A stretch of DNA of 15,947 nt, taken from assembly GCA_031367385.1 (NCBI GenBank), contig JANLPS010000467.1:1-15947 (forward strand), written 5' to 3'. Positions 7,346 to 14,764 of this stretch are shown here, one piece after another (the stretch's first letter is position 1; the number at the start of each line of letters is the position of its first letter). This stretch comes from Archangium sp. (GTDB lineage Bacteria; Myxococcota; Myxococcia; Myxococcales; Myxococcaceae). Under the pieces are notes generated by a model that searched no databases, was not told where the DNA came from, and was given only the letters and a program-made list of their open reading frames with translations. The translations under genes were made by a program, and so were the position numbers.

Positions 7346-8229
7346 TCACCGAGCTCTTGTTTGGCGGGTTGACCGCATTGGGCGTGATTGGCCTCGCCGT
7401 GTTGGTGTTTCGGGCGATCACCGTGGCCGTCGAAGATGAAGAGACGGTGCTGGTGACCCGCTTCGGCAAGCTGGTGGCCCAGCTGCGAAAGCCCGGGCTG
7501 CACGTGCTGGCCGATAAGGTGCTGCCGTGGGTGACGGTGCATCGCGTGTCGCTGGCGCGTGATTTTCGCGAGCTGAAGAACGTGCACGTCAACGATGCAC
7601 GAGGCACGACCGTGGTCGTCGACGTGTGGATAGAGCTGCGAGTGGTCGACCCGGTGAAGGCCCTCTTCGCCGTCGAGCATTGGGATACGGCGACGCAAAA
7701 CCTGTTGATTCACGCGGCGACCGCGGCGCTCTCGAGCAAAGATTTTTCGCACATCTTGCGAGACAGCTCAGAGCTCACGGCGACGCTCGAGCGAGAGCTG
7801 TCGATTGAGACGGCGCGCTGGGGCGTGAAGGTCGAGCAAGTGTTCTTGCGCGATGTGAGCTTGTTGCCCGAGGTCTCACGGCAGCTCTTTGGAGCGGTCG
7901 CGGCGAGGCTCGATCGGGCCCGCGCGGTGATCGAAGAGCTGGGCAGGTTAGACGTGGCGCGGCTCGAGGCCGATACGGCGCAGCGGGTCGCCGCGTTGGT
8001 GGCCGAGGCGAAGTCGCAGTACCCGTTGGCGGTGGGGCGCGCGTTCAACTCGATGAAGCGCAACCCGCGGGTGCTCGACGCGTACACGACGTTGTTCGGG
8101 TTGGCCCAGCTTCGGCCGCATCGCACGGTGGCTTTTCGCGGGTTTCACAACGGCGAGATGCGCAGCGCCGACGCCGCGATGCTCGCCCCAGAGCTGCTGC
8201 ACGGCTCCGAAGTCGTGACGCCGAGGTGA
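7342..8229 (+). CDS. SPFH (band 7/prohibitin) domain membrane protein, HflC-like
   Basis: SD GGAGG at 7331-7335 and ATGA overlap with the upstream stop; N-terminal TM helix; VEDEETVLVTRFGKLV...PGLH, DARGTTVVVDVWIELRVVDPVKALFAV, RWGVKVEQVFLRDVSLLPEV; Ala/Glu-rich coiled coil. Confidence 0.87.
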   Translation: MITELLFGGLTALGVIGLAVLVFRAITVAVEDEETVLVTRFGKLVAQLRKPGLHVLADKVLPWVTVHRVSLARDFRELKNVHVNDARGTTVVVDVWIELRVVDPVKALFAVEHWDTATQNLLIHAATAALSSKDFSHILRDSSELTATLERELSIETARWGVKVEQVFLRDVSLLPEVSRQLFGAVAARLDRARAVIEELGRLDVARLEADTAQRVAALVAEAKSQYPLAVGRAFNSMKRNPRVLDAYTTLFGLAQLRPHRTVAFRGFHNGEMRSADAAMLAPELLHGSEVVTPR

Positions 8230-8261
8230 CCGCTTACGCCACTTGAATGAAGGGGAAGGCC

Positions 8262-9146
8262 TCAGGTTCTGGCCCGGAGCGCGCTCACAATCATTCGCGA
8301 GGCTGGGCTGCGGTTGAGCGTGTAAAAATGAATGCCCGGCACGCCTCGGTTGAGCAGCTCGAGGCACTGCACCGTCGCGTGGGCCACGCCGAGTTGCGTC
8401 ACCGCATCAGGCCGATCGCGAACCTTCTCGAGCTCCAACTGCAGCCGCATCGGCACCGTCGCGCCGCACATGCGGGTAAATCTTTGAATCTGGTCGTAGT
8501 TCGTGATCGGCATGATGCCTGGCACGATCGGCACGTTGATGCCGATTCGCCGCGCGCGCTCGACGAAATCGAAGAAGAACGCATTGTCGAAGAACAGCTG
8601 GGTGACGATGAAGTCGCAGCCTTGGTCGACCTTGATCTTCAAGTTGCGCAGATCGATTTCACGCGACGCAGTCTCGACGTGGCCTTCGGGGCACGCCGCT
8701 CCGCCGACTGAGAAGCCGAGATCTCTGCTCTGAATGAACTCGACCAGCTGGCTGGCGTACTGAAAGCCCCCGGCGTGTTGGGTGAACTGCTCTTGCCCCT
8801 TCGGAGGGTCACCCCGCAAGGCGAGCACGTTCTCGATGCGCCCCTTCGCGAGTCGGTCGAGCACGTCGCTGATCTCCGCGGCGGTGTGGCCGACGCAGGT
8901 CAGATGCGCCATCGGCTCGATGCCAGTGCGTTCTTTGATGTGCGTCACGAGCTCGATCGTTTTCTCGCGGGTGCTGCCGCCGGCGCCGTACGTCACGCTG
9001 ACGAACCCCGGCTCCAAGGAGCGCAGATCTTCGAGCGCAGCCCAGAGCTGCTTCTCGCCATCAGGCGTCTTGGGCGGAAAAAACTCGAAAGAGAAACACG
9101 GTTTCGAGGGGTTGAGCACGTTGCGAATCTTCACGATGCCATTCAT
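8262..9146 (-). CDS. metF: 5,10-methylenetetrahydrofolate reductase
   Basis: FSFEFFPPKT, FVSVTYGAGGST, PMAHLTCVG, NVLALRGDPP, PEGH, TQLFFDN, IVPGIMPI, GIHFYTLN. Start may be GTG 9134 (MKIRNVLN). Confidence 0.97.
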   Translation of the reverse strand: MNGIVKIRNVLNPSKPCFSFEFFPPKTPDGEKQLWAALEDLRSLEPGFVSVTYGAGGSTREKTIELVTHIKERTGIEPMAHLTCVGHTAAEISDVLDRLAKGRIENVLALRGDPPKGQEQFTQHAGGFQYASQLVEFIQSRDLGFSVGGAACPEGHVETASREIDLRNLKIKVDQGCDFIVTQLFFDNAFFFDFVERARRIGINVPIVPGIMPITNYDQIQRFTRMCGATVPMRLQLELEKVRDRPDAVTQLGVAHATVQCLELLNRGVPGIHFYTLNRSPASRMIVSALRART

Positions 9147-9153
9147 GCCTCGG

Positions 9154-9212
9154 TTGATTGTGCGAAACCAGTCTGTAGAGTGCGCGCGGTTTCGCGCATA
9201 AGAGGTTTCGCA
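9154..9212. promoter_or_regulatory. Divergent metF/gcvT control region with three copies of GGTTTCGC (one inverted)
   Basis: GCGAAACC at 9162-9169; GGTTTCGC at 9188-9195 and 9204-9211; candidate TTGATT (9154)-N16-TAGAGT (9176); SD-like AGAGG at 9201-9205. Confidence 0.4.
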
Positions 9213-10291
9213 TGCCTAGACAGACTCCCCTGAACGCCATTCACCGCAAGCTCGGCGCCCGAATGGTCGACTTCGCCGGGTGGGACATGCCGGTGCAGTA
9301 CGCCGGCCTCGAAAAAGAGCACGTGTCGGTGCGCACCGACGTGGGCCTCTTCGACGTCAGCCACATGGGCGAAATCGAATTTCGCGGCAAGGGCGCGCTC
9401 GAAGAGGCGAACCGGCTGATCACCAACGACCTCACCAAAGCTGCCGACGGTCAGGCCATCTACGCTGGGCTGCTCAACGAGAAAGGCGGCTTCGTCGATG
9501 ACGTGGTCGCCTACCGCTTCTCGCCCGAGCACATCTTCATCTGCGTCAACGCCTCGAACCGCCAGAAAGACTTCGAGTGGATGAGGTCGCAGGCCAAGAC
9601 CGTGAAGCCGGTCGACGTCTCCGATGACTTCGCGCAGATCGCCGTTCAAGGCCCCAAGGCGTTCGGCTTGGTTCAGCGGCTGAGCAAAGCGAACCTCGAC
9701 GGCATCGGCACCTACCGCTTCACCCAAGGCGCCATCGCCTCGGTCGAGTGCATCGTCTCGCGCACCGGCTACACCGGCGAAGATGGCTTCGAGCTCTACT
9801 GCGCGCCGGGGCAGGCCGAAAAATTGTGGCTCGCGTTGCTCGACGAGGGCAAGGCCGATGGTTGCGTGCCCGCGGGCCTGGGTTGCCGCGACTCGCTGCG
9901 CACCGAGATGAAGTTCGCGCTCTACGGCAACGACATCGACGACGCGCACACGCCGCTCGAGGCCGCCCTAGGGTGGATCGTGAAGCTCGACAAGCCCGAC
10001 TTCATCGGCAAATCGGTGTTGGTGGCGCAGAAGGCCGCTGGCGTGCCGAGAAAACTGGTCGGGTTCGAGCTGACCGAGCCTGGCATCCCCCGGCCGCACA
10101 TGGCGATTACCAGCAACGGCGAGAAGGTCGGCGAGGTCACCTCAGGCACGATGGGCCCCAGCATCAAGAAGGCCGTCGGCATCGGCTACGTGCCCACCGC
10201 ACTCTCGACCGAAGGCTCGGTTTTTCAAGTCGAAATGCGTGGCCGGCAGGTCGGCGCCCGCGTAGTGAAAACCCCTTTCTACAAACGCTGA
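9212..10291 (+). CDS. gcvT: Glycine cleavage system aminomethyltransferase T
   Basis: TPL..IH..LGARMVDFAGWDMPVQY, GLFDVSHMGEI, IAVQGPKA, SRTGYTGEDGFELY, GLGCRDSLRTEM..LYGND, VGEVTSGT..PS, VVKTPF. Confidence 0.97.
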   Translation: MPRQTPLNAIHRKLGARMVDFAGWDMPVQYAGLEKEHVSVRTDVGLFDVSHMGEIEFRGKGALEEANRLITNDLTKAADGQAIYAGLLNEKGGFVDDVVAYRFSPEHIFICVNASNRQKDFEWMRSQAKTVKPVDVSDDFAQIAVQGPKAFGLVQRLSKANLDGIGTYRFTQGAIASVECIVSRTGYTGEDGFELYCAPGQAEKLWLALLDEGKADGCVPAGLGCRDSLRTEMKFALYGNDIDDAHTPLEAALGWIVKLDKPDFIGKSVLVAQKAAGVPRKLVGFELTEPGIPRPHMAITSNGEKVGEVTSGTMGPSIKKAVGIGYVPTALSTEGSVFQVEMRGRQVGARVVKTPFYKR

Positions 10292-10313
10292 ACGAAGCAG
10301 GAGCGCTCACATC

Positions 10314-10700
10314 ATGGCCGCCGAATATCCCTCCAATTTGAAGTACACCAAAGACCACGAGTGGGCGCGCAAGTCGGGCACCGCCGTGCAAGTCGGAGTC
10401 ACCTGGCACGCCCAAGACGCGATCGGCGCCGTGGCCTACGTCGAGCTGCCCAAGGTCGGCACCACCGTCACCGCCGGCGGCACCTTCGGCGTCATCGAGT
10501 CGACCAAGGCGACCTCCGATCTCTTCGCGCCGGTGGCCGGCAAGATCACCAAGGTGAACGACGCGCTCAGCTCGAACCCCGGGTTGGTCAATGAAGACCC
10601 GTACCAGGCGGGCTGGCTGGTCGAGATCGAGCCGTCATCTGCGGGTGAATTCGACGCGCTGCTCGACTCGGCGACCTACACCAAGCTGTTGGGCGCCTAA
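10314..10700 (+). CDS. gcvH: Glycine cleavage system H protein (lipoyl carrier)
   Basis: PSNLKYTKDHEW, IESTKATSDLFAPVAG (lipoyl-Lys), VNEDPYQAGWL; SD AGGAG upstream. Confidence 0.96.
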   Translation: MAAEYPSNLKYTKDHEWARKSGTAVQVGVTWHAQDAIGAVAYVELPKVGTTVTAGGTFGVIESTKATSDLFAPVAGKITKVNDALSSNPGLVNEDPYQAGWLVEIEPSSAGEFDALLDSATYTKLLGA

Positions 10701-11884
10701 GGTTCTTGGGGGCGCAGCACGAGGGTGGGGGTGGCGCTTCGGCCCGCGACCATGCCGGTGCCCAGCTGACCGAACTCATTGAGGCCGGTGCAGAGCACGT
10801 TGCCGTCTTTGATCGCGCAGGCGTGAAAGCGGCCGGTCGCGAGCAATGAGTAGCCGGTGCCCACCGTCTGGGGGGCTGCCTCTTCGGCGGTGTAGGTACC
10901 CAGCCCGAGTTGCCCCTCGTAGTTGCGGCCCCAGTTCGTCCACGTGTTGTTGGTGCGCAGACCGCCCTGCGTGAACGTGTTGAGCGAGACGCTGACCCAA
11001 TCGCGGGTGACGCCGACCTCGGTCGGCACCGGTAACGCCGCCCCGGGGATGACGCTGCCCCAGCACCACAGGGCGCCATTGGTCTTGCGCGCGCACGAGT
11101 GATCTTGGGCACAGGCCATGTCGACCCAATCGGTGTCGGTGCCGACGCGGGTGAGGTGGCGCTCTTGAGCCGGGGTGCCCAAGCCGAGGCCCAGCTCGCT
11201 CGAGGTGTTGCGACCCCAGCAGAAGAGGGCGCCATCGGCCCGGAGGCCGCAGGTGTTGCCCTGGCCGGTCGCGATCTGCCGCCAGTCGCCCAGCTTGACG
11301 ACCCGGGGCGAGGCTTGATCAGCGCTGTCAGCCGCATCTTCGAGGCCGACCTGGCCCTCGAGGTTGTTGCCCCAGCACATCGCGCTCGCATCAGCCAAGA
11401 CCGCACACGCCGTGGTGAACCGAAAATCGAAGCTCGTCACCGCTTGGGGCAGCGGCACTTTTTGCGGCAGGTGCGTGGAGACCTTCGTGCCGTTGCCGAG
11501 CTGGCCGTTGGCGTTGATGCCCCAGCACCAGAGGGTGCTGTCAGTTTTGAGCGCACACGTCGCGCCATCAGCGGCGATCACTTTCTTCCAATTGGTGGCG
11601 GTGCCGACCCAGGTTGGGAGCACGGGGGTCGTCGAAGCCAATTGGCCGGCCTCTCCGTCGTCGTTCTTGCCCCAGCAGGCGATGCGGCCGCGAACGATGG
11701 CGCACGAGTGGTAGCTGCCCGCGCTCAAGTCGTCGACGAACGCGAGCACCCCGCCATCATCTTCTGGGGTGCCGGCATCGGAGCTGCTGCCCGCGTCGAT
11801 CGGCGCGAGGGTGAACACCTCGAGTGGCACGATGCAGCCGCTCAACACCGAGAGCGCGAGGGTCGCGATGAGCGTTCTCACCAT
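10697..11884 (-). CDS. RCC1/BLIP-II-like seven-bladed beta-propeller lipoprotein
   Basis: True start ATG 11884: MVRTLIATLALSVLSG|C (lipobox LSGC), then a DAG-rich linker and seven repeats of the type AG..HxCA...G.xxCWG.N..GQLG. Its stop overlaps the gcvH stop. The track's upstream extension to 12376 is an off-frame reading of the upstream gene. Confidence 0.88.
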   Translation of the reverse strand: MVRTLIATLALSVLSGCIVPLEVFTLAPIDAGSSSDAGTPEDDGGVLAFVDDLSAGSYHSCAIVRGRIACWGKNDDGEAGQLASTTPVLPTWVGTATNWKKVIAADGATCALKTDSTLWCWGINANGQLGNGTKVSTHLPQKVPLPQAVTSFDFRFTTACAVLADASAMCWGNNLEGQVGLEDAADSADQASPRVVKLGDWRQIATGQGNTCGLRADGALFCWGRNTSSELGLGLGTPAQERHLTRVGTDTDWVDMACAQDHSCARKTNGALWCWGSVIPGAALPVPTEVGVTRDWVSVSLNTFTQGGLRTNNTWTNWGRNYEGQLGLGTYTAEEAAPQTVGTGYSLLATGRFHACAIKDGNVLCTGLNEFGQLGTGMVAGRSATPTLVLRPQEP

Positions 11885-12831
11885 CGGGCCCCCACGCCCA
11901 GCTCGGCGAGCCCTGCGACGCCCCGGTAGGCGGTGCTCTCGGTGCCCGACACGCGAACCGATACGCCGCGCGCCACCCCGCCGATGCCCAGCCGAAACGA
12001 GGCCACGAAGTTGCCCTTGGTGACCCACAAGGTCGAGACGGCGAAGGCCGAGATCACCAGCGCCGAGGCGGTCTGCCCGACCACTTCGCTGGTTGCCGCC
12101 ACACCGTTGAGCGTGAGCCAGCGCAGGTCGAGCAGGGCTCCCAAGTCGAGCGAGAGGGCGCGGCCGGCGATGACCACGGCGCCGAGCATCAAGTTGCCGC
12201 CGGGAGCGAAGCCGTTGAAGACCCCGACTCCGACGTTCTTGGTTGGGGCCCAGCTCACCGCCGCGGCGAGCTCGATGACGAAGCGGTCGATGGCCCTGCG
12301 GGCGCTCAGGTCGGCCCCGAAGAGCGAAACGCCGCCACCGCTGAGCAGGCCGTGGCCTCGCACCGAGAGCGTCCACGGGCGGTCGGGTTCGGGCGGCTCG
12401 GGTGGCCTCAGCACGGGTATCACCTCTCGCGCCTCGCGGAGCAGCTCACTCGCACTCACACCTACAGCGAACGCCCATTGACCGACGGGCAAGGGTTCGA
12501 GGTCGAGCTTGCGTTGAACGCTGCGGCGCGCCGATGCGTCGCCGGCGCTGACCTCCATCTCGACCACGGTGTTCGAGTCGAACCGCATCACGATCTGCGC
12601 GTCAGCCGGCTGTGCGGGGCGCGCCTCGCACAGCCCTGAGACTTCGATTTCGGTGGTCAGCTCGCGGTGTACGCCACTGGCCCAGGAGCCGCCCCAGCCG
12701 GGGCCCTCGAAGCTCAGCGAAACCGTGGCGCGGCCAGGCGCACAATTCTGGGCCCAGGCGCTCGACGCCGCGAGGCACGACAACACCGACACCACCCATG
12801 CGCCCCAACGGCACGAAGACGACGACTTCAG
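11878..12831 (-). CDS. Secreted hypothetical protein, probable outer-membrane beta-barrel with an N-terminal periplasmic domain
   Basis: Signal-peptide-like VVSVLSCLAASSAWA|Q; N-terminal domain with two Cys; Pro-rich linker VLRPPEPPEPDRPW; alternating amphipathic Gly-rich beta-strands ending in LAELGVGARW (C-terminal aromatic). Start uncertain (CTG 12831, GTG 12795 or TTG 12852). Confidence 0.6.
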   Translation of the reverse strand: MKSSSSCRWGAWVVSVLSCLAASSAWAQNCAPGRATVSLSFEGPGWGGSWASGVHRELTTEIEVSGLCEARPAQPADAQIVMRFDSNTVVEMEVSAGDASARRSVQRKLDLEPLPVGQWAFAVGVSASELLREAREVIPVLRPPEPPEPDRPWTLSVRGHGLLSGGGVSLFGADLSARRAIDRFVIELAAAVSWAPTKNVGVGVFNGFAPGGNLMLGAVVIAGRALSLDLGALLDLRWLTLNGVAATSEVVGQTASALVISAFAVSTLWVTKGNFVASFRLGIGGVARGVSVRVSGTESTAYRGVAGLAELGVGARW

Positions 12832-13979
12832 GGAGTGACGGCAGGCGGGCAAAGCAGCTCGACGGTGGGGCGGTGGATGCCGCTCGGGAAGCGCTGAAGA
12901 TACTCACTTCGGGCCTCTTCACACGCCGAGATTCGCTTGGTCACCTGATAGGCGCGAACGAGGCGGGCTGCCACGTCTTCGCGCAGGGGGGCCGAGGGCA
13001 GCTTGGTCTGGGCCAAAACCAGGGGCGCAATCGCACCTTCGACGTCGTTCAGCTGGTCCATTCGCAGGCGGCCGAGCTCGAAGGCGGCGAGGCCTTCTTG
13101 GGCGCTGTTGGGGTGCTTGGCCAACAGCTCGCTGAGCATGGTCGCGGCCTTGGCGTAGTGCCCCAGCCGGCGCTCTTCTCGCACTTCGTCGAACAATTGG
13201 TCGGCGGTGGGCGCGGCCTTCGCGTCTTCATCGGGAGCGGCCTGAACCGCGCCCTTCGAGGGTGCCCCGCCGCCGCGAGTGGTGGAGCGGTGCGTCGATT
13301 GGTGCCGTTTCGGCGGCTTGGCGACATCGCTCGGCGCCGGGTCTTGATTCTCGCTCACGTCGCGCTCGTTCTCAGGCTCGACCGCGTCGAGGGGAGCGGC
13401 CTGCACCACCACCGGGCCGGCCGAGTCACCCGAGCCGACCCCGCTGGTATACTTCTGGCTGGCGGTGAGGTTCATCACGAACTGGCCGTGCTCGCGCACT
13501 TCGACGACGCCCTCGGTGACACTCACGATGGCCGACTCGCCGACGCGCTCGACGGCGAACTGGGTGCCGTGCACGCGAACCTCGGTGGTGCCAGCGACGA
13601 CGCGAAAGCTGCGAGCGGGGTTGTGCGACACCTTGAAGCTCGCCCGGCCATTGACCAGCTGAATCACCACGTCTGCAGGGGCGATGGCGACGAGCTGCGC
13701 CTGGCTCTTCGGGTCGAGGGTGAAGGTGCTGCCATCGGTGCCGAGTGCGACGGTGACTTCGGTGCTGGCGGTCTTGACGGTGGTGCCGGGGGCGAGGGTG
13801 TGGGTGCTGCGTGACCAGACGGCGACGCCGGTGCCGGCGACGATCAAGATCGCGGCGGCCGCGGCGAGGCGGGTCGGCCAGCGCGAGCGGCTCGGGAGCT
13901 CTTCGAACAGGCGCGAGACGAACGCGTCTTCGTTGACCTCGGGAGTGACGATGTACGATTTGAGGCTGTTGTCACCCAT
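12828..13979 (-). CDS. FecR-domain anti-sigma-like membrane protein with C-terminal TPR-like domain
   Basis: GGAG SD then ATG 13979, overlapping the sigma stop; TM LAAAAAILIVAGTGVAVW; FecR motif L.NGRASFKV.....FRV.AG...VRV.GT.F.V......VSV.EG.VEV; low-complexity linker; TPR-like helices (AATMLSELLAKHPNS...AAFELGRL...YLQRFPSG). Confidence 0.85.
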   Translation of the reverse strand: MGDNSLKSYIVTPEVNEDAFVSRLFEELPSRSRWPTRLAAAAAILIVAGTGVAVWSRSTHTLAPGTTVKTASTEVTVALGTDGSTFTLDPKSQAQLVAIAPADVVIQLVNGRASFKVSHNPARSFRVVAGTTEVRVHGTQFAVERVGESAIVSVTEGVVEVREHGQFVMNLTASQKYTSGVGSGDSAGPVVVQAAPLDAVEPENERDVSENQDPAPSDVAKPPKRHQSTHRSTTRGGGAPSKGAVQAAPDEDAKAAPTADQLFDEVREERRLGHYAKAATMLSELLAKHPNSAQEGLAAFELGRLRMDQLNDVEGAIAPLVLAQTKLPSAPLREDVAARLVRAYQVTKRISACEEARSEYLQRFPSGIHRPTVELLCPPAVTP

Positions 13980-14568
13980 GTGAAACTCCAATCAACTTGC
14001 GGTTCGCGGCCACCAAGCGCCGCTTCACCGTCGCGACCGAGACATCCATTCGTTCGGCGATCTCTTCGAGCTCGAGGCCTTCGACTCTTTGCAGCAGCAC
14101 CGCGACGCGTTCTTCAGGGTCGAGTGCTCCGACCGCCCGGTACAAATCGATGATGCCGTCTCGAATCTGCGGAGACGCGTCAGTCGAAATCGCGAGGTTC
14201 ATCTCTTCTTCTTTCGCCGGAGCGAGCCCCAGCCTTCTGCGCACATTCACCCGCCGGAGCCGCGAGCGAACCTCGGCAACGACGATGCTCGACAACCAGC
14301 CCGAGAAAGCCGCTGGCGCTTTGAGCGAAGGCAGCGCGGTCAGCATTCGAACGAACGCGTCGTGCGCGATGTCTTCGCTGTCTTGCTCCGGCGCCAATCG
14401 ATGCGCGAGACCGACCACTCGCGACAAATGGCGTTTGACCAACGCTGCTCTGGCCTGAAACTCCCCCGCTTGGGCGCGTGTCACCAACGCGACTTCGTCT
14501 TCGTCTACGCCCGGCGGCTTGCCCGACCCTGGCCTCCGAAACGGGAGGACTTGACCTGACCCGCCCAT
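13972..14568 (-). CDS. ECF-subfamily RNA polymerase sigma factor
   Basis: Region 2 LVTRAQAG...DSEDIAHDAFVR.....AFSGWLSSI; region 4 LDPEERVAVLLQRVEGLELEEIAERMDVSVATVKRRL; N-terminal QVLPFRRP. Confidence 0.92.
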   Translation of the reverse strand: MGGSGQVLPFRRPGSGKPPGVDEDEVALVTRAQAGEFQARAALVKRHLSRVVGLAHRLAPEQDSEDIAHDAFVRMLTALPSLKAPAAFSGWLSSIVVAEVRSRLRRVNVRRRLGLAPAKEEEMNLAISTDASPQIRDGIIDLYRAVGALDPEERVAVLLQRVEGLELEEIAERMDVSVATVKRRLVAANRKLIGVSHG

Positions 14569-14730
14569 TTAAGAATTCGCCGCCTTCATGGTTGTGAGAA
14601 TCGCGAGACCACGAACGAAGCTCAAGCACTCTCGCGGGGTTGCGAGTGTGTCAGAGCCGCACATGCCGTGTTTCGGCAAGGTGTTGAATTTAGTGCACAG
14701 GGGTGGGGCGTTGTGGCGCCGCTGCGTGTA

Positions 14731-14753
14731 GCCCGAGCGGAATCGGCTCAGGC
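14731..14753 (-). terminator. Stem-loop just downstream of the depolymerase stop
   Basis: On the minus strand, GCCUGAGC-7 nt loop-GCUCGGGC forms an 8-bp stem with one U-G pair, 11 nt after TAA. No U-tract follows. Confidence 0.3.
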
Positions 14754-14764
14754 CACCGGGTTTT

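Noticed and set aside
4259..8261. Mobile element carrying the SulP-SPFH operon
   Set aside because: No transposase, integrase, tRNA target, terminal inverted repeats or target-site duplication were seen.
9147..9211. Glycine, SAM or ZTP riboswitch for gcvT or metF
   Set aside because: The region is too short and lacks the conserved aptamer cores.
11885..12376. Arg-rich N-terminal extension of the RCC1 ORF in the track (559 aa)
   Set aside because: It is an off-frame reading of the upstream gene. The lipoprotein signal peptide begins at ATG 11884.
14600..14650. c-di-GMP-I riboswitch, prompted by GCGGGGTTGC
   Set aside because: The GGCAAA / GNRA / GACGCAAA elements are missing, and the orientation is opposite to the flanking genes.
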